Part shown: positions 24,295 to 36,554 of the stretch, piece by piece
How positions within the stretch are numbered: the stretch's first letter is position 1
Layout of the letters: each line of letters opens with the position of its first letter
Source: Bilabrum cf. latius
Lineage: Eukaryota
Assembly (NCBI GenBank): GCA_965178125.1
Contig: OZ237759.1
Coordinates: 124,001 to 188,000 of the forward strand
Length of the DNA: 64,000 bases
Reading direction: 5' to 3'
The notes under the pieces: generated by a model
Database searches by the model: none
The model's input: only the letters and a program-made list of their open reading frames with translations
Told to the model about the DNA's origin: nothing
Position numbers and translations under genes: made by a program

Positions 24295-27200
24295 TCACTT
24301 CTTCCTCTTCTTTACCTTGCGGCGCTTCTTCCCTCCCTTCAGGCTGGCCGTGCCCCCGTCCTAGTCAAGGCCTTCAGTCCCCCCTGGTGTCTCCGCTGAC
24401 CCCATAATAGGGGCAGCTTGAAGTCCGCTCGGCTAGACAGGTGGCGTGAGTGTCTCCGGCGGGCCTGGCGCGGATCCAGCACAAGCACGATCACCATCGC
24501 GACCGACAGCCCCCGACACGGGCACAGCCACGCCGCGCACGGGAGGTCTGGCCCCGGTCGGTGCAGGGGCAGCTGCAGACGCAACACCCCCACTGCCCCT
24601 CGCGACATCTGCCTCCAGCGCAGATGACCCGCTCTCCAGCGAACCCGCCTCCTCTGTGGCACCGTCGCGATGAAGGGCAGGGTCCATGCGCCCCCACAGC
24701 TGATCCACTGGTACAGGCTCGACTCCGAGCTCGCGGACCCAGCGCTCCTCCTCCTCTGCAACCGCAGCAAGCACCGCAGTGCGCTGCAGCGCCCCCAGCT
24801 TGTCCTGCAGATCTGCCCTCGAGAACGGCTTGGGCAGCAGACCGTAGAAGCCCGCCGCCCTGTACTCTGGCAGATTCCATGGGTCGTGGTTGGCCGTCAT
24901 GGCGAAGATCGGCACCCTGCACCCTGCCTCGAGGAGCCGGCTGCACACTTCTGTCCCCCTCGAGTGGACCATCACAATGTCCAAGAGCACTGCATCCACC
25001 CGACGCGCGCCAGCCGCCTACGGCGAACTCTTTGCAACCTTGCCCCCTCCTTCCCGTGCGTGCGGCGGGATCTGCCCCCTGGCCCTAAGCACCTTACGGC
25101 AGTGCTTGCCATCATCCAGCTGCTCCACCGTGGCGCCCAGCCTCTGCAGCATGCGAGTGGCCATCCGCCGGAGAGAACGCTCGTCGTCCACGACCAGCAC
25201 GTGCAGCCCTGCAAGAGGCCCGCTGGTCCCGCCATTGTGGCCACCTTGCTCACGTCCAGCGCCGTCCACGGCAGGCGCAAAGCTCACAGTGGATCGCCTG
25301 CCTCCTCGACCAGCGGAAGAGCCCAACACAGAGTCCGGATCCATTGGAGCAGGCTCGAGATCGACAGAGGACTGCACGCCCTGCTGGTATGCCTCCCACA
25401 GGGCACCGCTGAGAACCTGCCCCGTGGGGATCCGGTCGCCTGGCGTTGCAACCGCTGCCAGCTGCTGCTGCTGCTGCTGCTGATGATGATACTGCTGCTG
25501 CTGCTGCTCCCCGTTCTCTTTGCCTGGACCAGCCGCACGGGCGGGCCCCAACCCGATGTTCTGGATGGCCCGCAGGTCTGCTGCGGGCTGCCGCCGCCTC
25601 TGTGCTTGGCTGTCGGCCCTGCGTGCCCTCTCTGTCCATCGCCCCACAGCCGATGGGCGAGAACCACTCCCCAGCGGACTGCCCGCCGAGGTGCTCCTGC
25701 TCTTGCTAGTCCCATGCTCGTGAGCGCTATGTACTGGAATAGAATGGTTAGAGCTCGCCTGCCGCTGCGCCTTCCTGCCTGACTCGTCGAATCGGCCCGA
25801 GAGGGAGCGCATGTGCACCAGCAGCACGCGCTGCAGCTGCAGAGGGAGAGCCTCGAGTCGAGACGCGATGCTCCCCGCGGGAACTCGACCGCTTCCGCTT
25901 CGCGAACGGCCTTGCTGGGACCCTGGCTCGAGTCTCATGCTGCCGCTTCTAGTCCTTGAGGACAGGGGGGCCTTCTTGGCGCCACCGCTGCTGGTGCTGC
26001 TGTTGACAGCGTCCCCACTCGACTCCGCCGGCATGAGAGCATGCAATGCGCGGAGCACGAGCTGCTTGCGTTTGGAAAACCCTTGTCTGGGTGCGCTCCC
26101 GTCTTTGTTGCGGGGCAGGGCGCGCTTGCTTTCGCCAGCCTTGCTTTGGACCTTGGAGGCGCTAGCAGGTGCAGCACTTCCTACGGCTGAACCGCCGTCG
26201 TCGTCGACTCCATCGTTACAAATCTTGTCTGCCTTGGCATGCTTGTCTTCGCTTTGATGCATTGGAGAGCTCTCTGCGCCATCGCCCGAGCTGTCCGTTG
26301 CTTCAACCCATCGCGTAGGCGTGTGGGACACGCCTTCATCGCCTGCACGGGTTGCAATGCCCCCGGTCCGATTCCTGCTCGCCTGCCCTTGCCCCTGGGC
26401 GCGAGGCTGCTCCCCCAGGCCGGCATCCACCACCGGTTCTGGGCCTGGCGACAGTGCGGCGGCCAGTGGAGGCTGACTCGATGGCGAGGTACCCGGGTTT
26501 GCACCTCTATGTGTGCCGGCTGTATCGCTCTAGTCCTCGACATGCTGGATAGTGGTCAGGCTGTTTCGGTACAGTCCCGAGATGCTGCGAGCCGAGGGGC
26601 TCTGGCCCTCCATGCGTAGCCCGACGGGCATGTCGTCGAAAAAGGCCATGCCGCTGATGGACTTGGCACAGCACGCGTCCAGGGCCTCCTTCTGCTTGCC
26701 ATGCGCCAGCTACCTGACTGCAGACCGCACGGCAGCCAGCTCCGCCGTGCTGATGATCTTCCGCAGCACCCTGGCCTCACTCGGCAGCCTGCTCACCGCG
26801 GAAGCCTCCATGCGGCGGAGCACGCGCCATGGGGGCCGCAGCGGCAGCGCCACCTCCAGCACGGTCCTCTTCCTCCTCTTCTCCGTCCTCAACTCGATGG
26901 TCCCGCCCATCTGCTTGGTCAGCTCCTGCGCCATGGCTAGCCCAAGCCCTGAGCCCTTCTGCTTGGCCACCGAGCTGGCGCTCCCATCCGGCGCCGCTGG
27001 GGTGTACTGTGCCCTGCTGCCGCCTTCTGACTCGGATCCGCTGTGAGAGGCACCCCCAGAGGGAGGCAGCTCGTTGCCGCTGCTACCAGCCGATTCGCTT
27101 CTGCTCGAAGCGGCGGAATCCACCCGCCCCTTTGGCGAGCGCTCCTTCGAGTCGCCATGACGGTCACGAGCCGCCGCCCCGCGTGCAGAACCCTTGCTGT

Positions 27201-30200
27201 CATTTCGGCCGCCTGTACTCCGATGGCCAGATTCCCCTGTTGCAAAGGCCTTGAAGAACTCAGCTCCATTGGAGCTGTGGTGGCCGAGCCCTGCGCCCGT
27301 GTCGATCACACGAAACACTAGCATGGGCATCAGGTACGCGCCATCACCCGATGCAGACCCATCGCGCTTGCCCATAATCCCCACATGGTGGTCACTCTCA
27401 TCGTCAGTACCCTGGGCCGCGTGCGCCCACGCCGACGAGGCTCGCACCAGCTTGCGGCCAGTTTTCGCGCCGGCTGCTTGTGCGTCGCCGAGACCATTCA
27501 GGTCACCGGACGCAGTGGTCATGGGCTGCACCAGTCTGGACTCGAGCGGGAACGAGCTGAGGGACCGCACTCGTCGTATGCGTGCCAGCTCGTCTCCGGG
27601 AGCGGCGGAACGACCAGTGGAGCGATTCCCTCGCGCGAACATGGGCCGGATGGTCCCTGCCAGCACCTCCTCTGCGGCACACAGCCGATCGAAGGCGCTG
27701 GGTACAGCCGCCATGACCACCCGAGGCACGTCGGGGGGCGGACACTCCTCCATTTCTTGTCCGTCCCCAGCCTTCTTCCATTGCCTCTCCATCGCCTGCC
27801 GCACGGCCTCGAATACCGGTCCCGGCCGAGCGCGCCTTCCATCGCGAACACGCATTTGCTCCATCGCCTCTAGGCAGGCAGTCCCTGTTAATGACGAGCC
27901 GGCGCATGCATCCGTGCAAGAGGCCAGCTGCTCTTGCCTCAGAGATGCTTCGTCCATGCCTGGGATAAATCGGCTCTAGTTATCCGCGCGACTCGAGCAG
28001 CAAAGCCCAACCGAGGCATCGCCCGGACAAGTGCCTCGTGTTTGTGCTTCGCCGCTGGCTTCGATTGCGCGGTCTCTCTCGTCCTCCTCAATCTGCAAAT
28101 GAGGGTCGTGCTGCATGACCCAGTGCAGCATCGCAGCGCTGTCGGTGGCCTGGAGCTGCAGCGCACTGGAGCCGGGCTTGCTGCTGCCCGCGCGATGGTC
28201 TGTCGCATCACCACCTTCAGCTCTGCCTCCCTTGCTGCTGGTCTCGTTGGCTTTGGTCTTGTAGGCGCGGGCGAGTAGGCTAGAGGTGACCTCTTCTTCC
28301 ATGAACTCGGGCGCCACGGGGCGGAACCGGATGTCCAAGTCCACCAGGATGTACCCGCTTAGAGCGAACTTGGCTGCGTTCGTCAGCCCGCTGCGGTGGT
28401 ACGGTGGAATCAAAGCAGCAGAGGAGAAAGCAATTCGGCGAGGAGCATGCAAACGCAAACACGATAGCAAGCACCACATTCGGTAAGAAGCATGCGATGG
28501 CAAACACGTTAGCAAGTACCGCCAAATAGTAAGCAAGCAGTTCAGCGGAACGATACCTCACTTGGCAAGGATCTGCGTGATCCTCAGCTGGTCTGCGAGC
28601 ACCACTGGAGGCACAGCGGCGGAAATGTGGAACCGAAGAGGCACCTGTGCAAAGGACTGGTGGCTGGAAGCCACTGCCACGATCAACCTGCGGGGGTCCA
28701 TGGGTGCCACTGTCACGGGCAGCTTGCCCTGATGCAGCCTGCTGAGGTCCAGCATGTCGTTCACCAGCCGATGAAGCGTCTCTGTGCCCTGGTGGATGAC
28801 GTCCATGTCGGCCTGGCTCGACTGAATCTCGACCGCAATGCGCTGCAGCTGGCGCTAGGCACCTTGTAGATGCGTCCCGCCTGCCTCCATCACCCGCCGC
28901 GCAGTACCGAGGGTCCGCAGCCCATCCACACCGCCTGCAGCACCTGAGGATGGCGAGGCAAAGCCTGTACCGTCGGTCAATCCCTGACCCATTGCTCCGT
29001 CGGCATGGGCCGTGAGCAGCTGTTGCACCGCTTGGTCGCAGGTGCGGCCCGCCCGATCCTGTCCCTCCGCCACCGCCTGCAGCAATCGCGCCGCATCGTG
29101 GGCGCACTGCCTCGCCGCCTGCATGGTCTCCTGCATCATGGCCAGGCTGCCGCTGCACAGGTGCAGAGGATTGCGCTGTTCGTGCACGACGAATGACACG
29201 AGCTTCTCGTGCGCCTGTTGGGCGGCCCTCACTTCCGCCTGCTGTGCCTCCCTGTGCTCGTCCAGAAGCCGGGCCCGCACGCCCAGGTACACCACGATCA
29301 GCGCGGCGGCAATCGCGACCGAGATTAGACAACCGGCCAGAAGCGGGGCCAGCAGGGGGTCTGTTCCCTGGTTATCGAAGAATGCCTGTGTCACCGCCAC
29401 GTGGATGGACCACACCCTGTTCCCCACCGGGACAAGGTACCCCAGCACCTGCCTGCTGTCCTCCTCGGCCTTGTCGCGCAGGAACCGGAGCACCTTGACC
29501 TGCGTCTGGTCCGAAGCAGGGTCGTCCACGTCATTGACGTCGTCCGTTCCAAACTGAAACGCGCCCAGACCGGGCTCGACTGAGTGCTGGGGCAGCCTGA
29601 CGGCAGGGAGCTGCAGCCTGCGGAAAGCGGCACCCGAGGATGGATCTCCGATCCCAGCCTCCTGCACCGCATACGCGTACTCGTCCCCAGGCTGTTCCCT
29701 GGCCCCCGACAGCGTGACCGCATCTCCGTCTCCCCCCCCCTCTCCTCCCAGTCTCTGGTAGGCCCCCCTGACCAGGTCCGTGACGTCCTCGCTGTACAGC
29801 ACCAAGGGCGAGTTCACGTCACGGGCGATCTCTGCCTCGCGGGCCACTGCTGCGAAGTAAAAGGCCGCGATCACATAGCCTCTCATAAGATGCCCGTTCA
29901 CGCACCTGCTGCTGCACGGCTCCAGGGGGTGCTCCCTTCTGCCCTCTTGCACGTCGATGAGGCTCTGGTTGTAGGCCGCCAGCGCGTCCTCTGCAGAGGT
30001 GAAGGGCAGGCACACGGCCCTGAAGGCCTCCCCGCAGGCGTCGCTCGCGTTGTGCGTGAACTGCGTCTTCTGTACCACCTCCTGCTCACTCGTCACGCGG
30101 TTGATGCCCGGGGCCACCTCTCCCGCCAGCGCGACGAGGTCTACGTCCGTGGGCAGCAGCAGGATGCTCCCGTCGCGGTCGTACCTGAGGTGGGAATACA

Positions 30201-30939
30201 CGGGGTGTATCACCTGCATGCCCCTGCGCCTGCCGGTGCGCGCCGCCACAAAGGTGGGGGTGGAGACGGCGGTCGAGTGAAATCGACCGCTCTCGGTGAG
30301 TAGCTGGAAGCGGAGGTCCTGGGACGCGAGGTCCAGTCCCACGGCTGGGACGTCCGCGTCAGAATAATTGCCAAGCGCAGTGATTGCTACCGTCCTTCGA
30401 GGGGCTAGTTTTGTCTGGTTTGCCTGCGCGAGAGGCTAGAATCCCCGAGCGGCAAAGGCCTTGAGCGTGAACGGCCTAGTCCTCTGCACCAAATCTGGGT
30501 ACAGTACATCCAGCTGCGCCTCTAGAACCGGTATGTGAACTCGATCGATCTCTTTCATAAAGGCCACCGCTGTGACCCTGTCTACGTTGCTGAAGCGGAT
30601 CAAGTCCCCAATGGCTTCCGCGACGTGGTTTCGGGTACCTAGGCTCTCTGTGCTGGACGCGTCGCCCTCCAACGCAGACCGCATTGATGCCAGTTCATCG
30701 ATATGCCCATAAAATGATTGTGCGATGGAATTAACGCGCAGCAGCGCCCTCTCGCTGAACGTACGGAAGTGCCGCTCACGAACGGAAGCACTCACGACAA
30801 ATGCGATCCCCACGGTCAACCCCAAGCACAAAAGCAGCTAAACTATGATCAAGAATACTGGGTGTACGCCACACATTAGGAGTTGTGGGTCATGGCGCTT
30901 CGCTGTGCTCGACTTCCTTCCATCGGCTTTTACTAGCAT
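24295..30939 (-). CDS. Membrane hybrid histidine kinase (CHASE-like sensor, HisKA, HATPase, receiver); intron 28391-28561
   Basis: Two TM segments flank the sensor region. H-box FVVHEQRNPLH, N-box GLTNAAKF, G1 VIDTGAGL, G2 GSGLGLAMAQELTKQMGG and receiver LVVDDE/LLDIVM/AMTAN/LPKP are in one frame across about ten TAGs; ends at TGA. Confidence 0.85.
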
Positions 30940-31342
30940 GCTAAACGCGCGGCTTCCCTACTGCTGTTTTATCTTCAGACTCAACCGGGATTCGTTTATT
31001 TTTGTCTAAATTTGCAGAAACTGCCGGGAATCGAGTGTACGGGGTTCTGCTGTGAAACCCAGGGCGGGGCTGGCGACTCCAAAATAGTACTCGGAGCTTC
31101 GCCTCCACCGATGGATTTCTGAAGTTTGTGACGCCCAAGCCGAGTTCAAGAGGAAACTTTCGACAGAAAATCGGTTGTGTTGTTAAGCATCTCAAACATG
31201 AGAACTACCAGACTGCGCGCTGCCCCTGCAGCCCTCGCAAAGACACCGCGTCCGCTGGCATGTCTCCAAAACACGGCCGACCGTGGCCATCACGCATTTA
31301 CAGCAAGCAAGCAAGCAGATTGGAGCCCCTTTCGACATCCAC

Positions 31343-31969
31343 TCAAGCACCTTCGGCAGGCACCTGCGCCACGAGCCCCACCGGCATGGCATGGCACTGC
31401 GTCAGCCCGGCCTCGTGGAAGACCTCCGCGTGCCCCGTGGCGTCCCAGTGGTGGCACATGAGCAGCCCGCGGCGGGTCTCCTGCTCCCCGTCCGCGCGCA
31501 CGGTGCCGATAAAGAACACCCCGGTGTTGAAGGCCCGGTCCTGGGGCTTGTGGCACCACGCGCCGCCCTCCTTGGCGTGGCAGCGCACCGTGGTGGTGGC
31601 GTCGATCCTCTCAGCCGATAGCACCGTCACGTTCTTGCCCAGCAGCGCGGGGTCAGTGCGCCACACGCGCTGCTCGGCGGAGCAGCCCTCGTCCACGGCG
31701 CACGCCGCCAAGGTGGCGTACGTGGGGAACTGCTTGCCTGCCTCCTCGTTGATGAATGCGTTGAGCGCCTGCATGTCGCCGGCGAATACCTTGGCCATGC
31801 CCAGGCGCGCCATCTCCTGGCCGCCCATCAGGTACTGCTTGGCAGTCAGCAGGCCCAGTGGGGTGCCTCCGAAAGAGGCGCGATGGACGGTCTCCGGGCT
31901 GGCCGCGATATCCTCGATGTCGTCGGCGGGACCTGCGCGGCGCACCCAGTAGTCTGCGAGCCAGAGCAA
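31343..31969 (-). CDS. Hypothetical host protein (5' end probably in an upstream exon near 32060)
   Basis: 208-codon ORF with host-like GC-rich third positions; no family recognised. Confidence 0.5.
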   Translation of the reverse strand: MLWLADYWVRRAGPADDIEDIAASPETVHRASFGGTPLGLLTAKQYLMGGQEMARLGMAKVFAGDMQALNAFINEEAGKQFPTYATLAACAVDEGCSAEQRVWRTDPALLGKNVTVLSAERIDATTTVRCHAKEGGAWCHKPQDRAFNTGVFFIGTVRADGEQETRRGLLMCHHWDATGHAEVFHEAGLTQCHAMPVGLVAQVPAEGA

Positions 31970-32290
31970 GGCAAGGTGTACAATTGAGTCGGAAATGCAT
32001 TTGTACTGACATTTGTTGCCAACTTTTCATGCATGGCTGGGGCAGCACAAGCTTCATCATGCGGTGCAGATCGTTCGACCTCGGCAGCTTTAGCAAGTCC
32101 CAGAACGGACTACGGGAACGATGCACGCGTACCTTGCCACAATTCACAGAGCGGCGCGCCGAACTTTATCACATTCTGACCAGATATAAATCTACTTTGT
32201 ATGACCGCTATGAAGCCATCGGGCAACCAACGCACCCTTTGGCTAACGGGATATCCAATCCAGCCGTCACCGGCTCGGCCGTCGGTTGGG

Positions 32291-32295
32291 CCATG
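32291..32295 (+). repeat. Left target-site duplication (CCATG)
   Basis: Identical to 49464-49468; this choice gives symmetric 7-G and 7-C element ends. Confidence 0.85.
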
Positions 32296-33356
32296 GGGGG
32301 GGACAACAGGTGGTGGTAGGTACACCAAGCGTTTAGGACGAGGGCTACGCTACGCTCGCCCCTCCTTTAAAGGCATATTTAGCAACTCAAGTGTTTCCCC
32401 TATAAACCTAAATGATTTCACAGGGGGTTCCCCAAGAACCCCTATAGAACCCCTCTATGTACCCATTTTCAGATATAAAATTTACTCCTACGAAGTAGGG
32501 GTAAATTGAAGAATTCTAATATTTAACCCCCTTATAAACTCTAACAGCAAAGACAGAGATGTTTTAGTAAAGTAGGAAAAAATGAAGAAATTAACCAAGT
32601 GTCCAAAATATCTCTGTGTTTGCTGTAGGAACGGAAGGATGAATTCCCAAGAGACCAAGAGACCAACCGAGGATTTCCCCAAGAGAACAAGGTATTTTAT
32701 CAAGAGACCGAGGTATGTTCCCAAGCGACAAACCGATAAACCGACCGATGAACCGACCGATGAACCGACCAAGGATTTCCCAAGGATTTCCCAAGGATTT
32801 CCCAAGGATTTCCCAAGGATTTCCCAAGGATTTCCCAAGCGACTAAATTGTTCTCCGAAGCAACCAAACCGATTACCCAAGAGATGATACATTATAAGGA
32901 AAACGAAAACGTATTTTAAGTCCCTTTGGAAAAGTCCCCCAAGATGCTCGGGCTTTGCCCTCCGCTCTTTTGATATCTTTTTCAAAGATTAAAATTGAGA
33001 GATTTTACAGGTCAATTTTAAGAGACTTAGAAAGAATAAATATATTTTCCAATTAAAATTAAATGTTGTAATTCCTATGATGCCACCATAAAAATTAAAA
33101 GGAAAACGAAAACGTATTTTAAGTCCCTTTCGAAAAGTCCCCAAAAAACTTGTCAATTTTACAGGTCAATTATAAGAGACTTAGAAAAAATAAATTAAGT
33201 TCCCAAGATGCTCGGGCTTTGCCCTCCGCTCTTTTGATATCTTTTTCAAAGATTAAAATTAAATGTTGTAATTCCTATGATGCCACCATAAAAATTAAAA
33301 GGAAAATAAAAAACAAATTATAATTGTTTTCCAATTAAAAACACAAAAATTGATTG
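32296..33356 (+). repeat. Left terminal inverted repeat (~1.06 kb, modular)
   Basis: Starts GGGGGGGACAACAGGTGGTGGTAGG. Matches the reverse complement of the right end to ~32940 except for 11-mer copy number, then contains duplicated modules up to ACACAAAAATTGATTG. Confidence 0.9.
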
Positions 33357-33372
33357 CCTAAAGTGGAAATGT

Positions 33373-33405
33373 CGTACCTTAAGCATAACTTACGTAGTCT
33401 ATAGT
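33373..33405 (+). promoter_or_regulatory. Extended viral upstream motif, copy 1 (CGTACCTTAAG..CGTAGTCTATAGTA)
   Basis: Near-identical to the motifs upstream of the helicase and pPolB start codons. Confidence 0.7.
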
Positions 33406-33417
33406 ACAACCACATAA

Positions 33418-33657
33418 ATGGCAAAATCACAAAAGGAACTCGAGAATTACATCTTGGCGACCAAAGAATGTCTTAAATCAGTCCCGTTTATTACAACACG
33501 AGAAGCATACGATATGGCCAAAAAGTACCTTGAATTTACAAAGACTATTATTTGGATTAATTATGATGATGACGATGACCTGCTTGCTGACTTTGAGGAA
33601 GCTAAAGATTTAAGTCAAATTGTAGTTGAATGGCACGAAAGTACCAAAACCAAATGA
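33418..33657 (+). CDS. Virophage hypothetical protein (79 aa)
   Basis: ATG preceded by the shared upstream motif; ends at TGA. Confidence 0.7.
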   Translation: MAKSQKELENYILATKECLKSVPFITTREAYDMAKKYLEFTKTIIWINYDDDDDLLADFEEAKDLSQIVVEWHESTKTK

Positions 33658-33722
33658 TTTTTTCCCAAGAATTATTTTCCCTACTTTACAAAAGTAAGGA
33701 GAATGATACAACTATATAGCAA

Positions 33723-34778
33723 ATGAGTAGCGCCTTTGAAAGAATATTACAATCCCTAAACATTTATCCCAACAGTCGTATTGTAAATTTAATGAAACGA
33801 CCAAAACGACCCAAAGGAGTAAATCGACCCCACGTAAATGTACCAGAACCTCACCAAGTGGTACAAATGGATTTATTATCATTACCCCACGACAATAATT
33901 ATAAATACGCATTAACTGCTATTGATTTACATACAAAGTAGGCCGATGCTGAACCGCTCAAAACCAAGCGTTAGAACGAAGTATTAAAGGCATCAAAAAA
34001 GATTTTCAATCGTGGTAATGTCCAGAAACCGCAGCACCGTTTGGAAATAGATAATGGAAAAGAATTTAACGCTTTACAAAGATATTTAGAAGAGACCGAT
34101 GTATTTGTACGAAGAAATAAAGCAGGTCGCCACCGACAACAGGCATTAGTGGAAAACCTAAATAAAACGTTGGGAAAAGCCATATTTACCCTATAGAACG
34201 TTAATGAGTTAAATACAGGTAATGAAAGCGTAGAATGGGTGGATATGCTTCCAAACATCATTGAAAACTATAATGAATATCAACTAGAAAAGTATATAGA
34301 AGAACCACCTTTACCCCCAGAACACTTCGACTTTACGTAGTGTAAAGGAGACGCTTGTAATATATTGGAAGAGGGTACAAGAGTTCGTATACCATTAGAA
34401 GAACCCAGAAAGGCTACAAATTTACAGCAAAAATTATCCGGAAATTTTCGTGCTTCAGATTTACGCTATAATCCAGAAATCAAAACGATAACTAAAGTAT
34501 TATTAAGACCGAGACAACCACCCTTATATGTTGTGGATTAGGATGATTTAGTGGCTTATCCAAAAGAGGAATTACAGATTATCGACTTTGATAATGAGGA
34601 CAATAACCGAGATGCTCAGACAATCTTTCTCCCAAAAAAAATAAAATCCGAGAACGAAACAGAATATCAAATAGAATGGAAAGATTTTCCAGAACCAGAA
34701 CATTGGACGTGGGAACCAAAGAATAAAATCCAAGAAATTGCTCCTAATTTAATTTTGGAGTGGGATATAGAAAATTGA
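33723..34778 (+). CDS. Retroviral-type (rve) integrase with C-terminal chromodomain, 351 aa
   Basis: DDE triad in QMDLL / EIDNGKEF / ALVENLNKTL; chromodomain EYQIEWKDFPEPEHWTWEP; 5 in-frame TAGs; ends at TGA. Confidence 0.92.
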
Positions 34779-34790
34779 GATGCCCCGTAT

Positions 34791-34823
34791 CGTACCTTAA
34801 GGATTATTTTCGTATTCTATAGT
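34791..34823 (+). promoter_or_regulatory. Extended viral upstream motif, copy 2
   Basis: CGTACCTTAAGGATTATTTTCGTATTCTATAGTA ends about 11 nt before the helicase ATG. Confidence 0.7.
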
Positions 34824-34835
34824 ACAACAACAAAA

Positions 34836-36497
34836 ATGTCATTCACTCTGCCGACTAAAGCGTATTCGTCAAAAAGCCTTATGGACCTATGTAATGCCGG
34901 AAAACAAGAGGAATGTATTCAATACCTTAAACAATACTTCTACCGCACCCACGAACAAGGTGGCGGGGTGTATTTTCTAATAGCATCTGAATTAAATCGG
35001 AATAACATAAGTGATGACGAACCCCAGAAACCAGTCTGGTAGTTCCTTACGAATAAAAATATTACTGAAAATTACCTGATTGGGGGACACTGTATTTACG
35101 CGATTGTGGGCAACAAAAGAGTAAAGACTTGGTCAGCACGAGACTGGTTCTTAAATGAGAATACCGACGTATTTACGATTGTAAGAAAATTCAATTCACC
35201 TACCGTTGATTACGACAATCAAACAATTAACGTTATGGGTTCACCTATACTTACACGGGAAAACTGTGGAAACATAGAGGATTTAACCGAAGACGCAAAA
35301 GCAGGCGCGACTATGATTTACGAACATATCCAGAAGGTGTGGACTTCAGAAGACAAAGAATAGTGTGATTTTGTGATGAAGTGGTTGGCTCACGTTATTG
35401 TGGGCGGAAAGAAGTTGGGTACAGCACTATATTTGAAATCTCCACAAGGAACTGGTAAATCGATGATTATTACCTTCCTTATGAGAAAACTACTCGGATA
35501 TACCCTCACACTATAGACGCTTACACACAAGATGCTTCAACCCGACGCCTTCAACTCAATTCTGGACGGGAAACTATTAGTCAATTTTAATGAAATTCCA
35601 AAAGCCTCGCCAACTATTTGGGACGCCATGTAGGCAACACTAAGAAATCTTATTACGGAAAAACACTTTTCCTGTAATGAGAAGTTTGTCAAATCCGAAA
35701 GTCGTCCGAATACATTCAATTTAATTATTGATACGAATGATAGTCCAATCAAAATCACCGAGGAAATCCGTAGATATTGTGTTTTGGATGTGAATACATC
35801 TAAGAAAGGAGACAAAGAATACTTTACAACACTAAAACGTTTTACAGAAAATCCAGAAGTGGCTAAGGCATTTTATATGTTATTGGTTGAAATCTATGAT
35901 ACATCACCAGACTTTACAGGACAATTCGCACCAAAATCAAAGAATTTTTACAAAGGAATTCTTGATGGCGCACATCCGGTTTTAAAAATTCTAAAAGAAG
36001 AGTGGCTGGACGAAGGCAGAGATTTTAAAATGACAGTCTTGGAATTCCGCAATTATCTAAAGCAGGAACTGAACGGTAGAGTGAAGAACCTTGGTACACC
36101 TATGATTAAAACACTATTGTCAGAGGTAGGTGTTCATTCAACGATGAACAAATAGAGAAAACAAGAATTTAATGTGAAACACGCAGACTTACTAAAAGGC
36201 TTCCAATCTAAATTTTAGGCACTTCGTCATTCTGCTGAGATGGAAAAAGCAAAATCCGAGGTAGATGTTCTTCGAGAGTAGATTAGAGAACTACAGAAAC
36301 AAGTCGCATAGCAGTAGGAAACGATTGAATAGTTGGAATTAGAAAAGGAGATTACACCGACGGAACAAGTCCATAAGAAAATCCAGAAACAGCTGAGTGT
36401 TGAGAATAGCATCGCTATTCAAAAATGGATAAAAGAGAACCCACCAAAGAACAAAAAAGGAAAACTTTCCAAATTCCTCTGTAAAATTGAGAAGTGA
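34836..36497 (+). CDS. Superfamily 3 (D5-like) helicase, 553 aa
   Basis: Walker A SPQGTGKS, Walker B-like LLVNFNE, motif C IIDTN, IRRY and a coiled-coil tail; about ten in-frame TAGs; ends at TGA. Confidence 0.9.
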
Positions 36498-36504
36498 GTG
36501 AGTT

Positions 36505-36538
36505 CGTACCTTAAGAATAATTATCGTATTCTATAATA
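36505..36538 (+). promoter_or_regulatory. Extended viral upstream motif, copy 3
   Basis: CGTACCTTAAGAATAATTATCGTATTCTATAATA upstream of the pPolB ATG. Confidence 0.7.
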
Positions 36539-36554
36539 TAATAGATACTATAGA

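Noticed and set aside
85-31952. Many long overlapping or antisense ORFs in the track (e.g. 16149-17579, 18794-19897; likewise 52294-53814 and 61778-63031)
   Set aside because: Shadow ORFs of GC-rich coding sequence opposite, or out of frame with, recognisable genes.
32771-32836. CRISPR-like array
   Set aside because: Contiguous 11-bp tandem units with no spacers and no cas genes, in a eukaryotic context.
32582-32887. ORFs inside the TIRs (101 aa left, 90 aa right, plus antisense ORFs)
   Set aside because: They are made largely of 11- and 12-bp repeats and lack the TATAGTA upstream motif. The frame-preserving 33-bp difference between ends could be chance.
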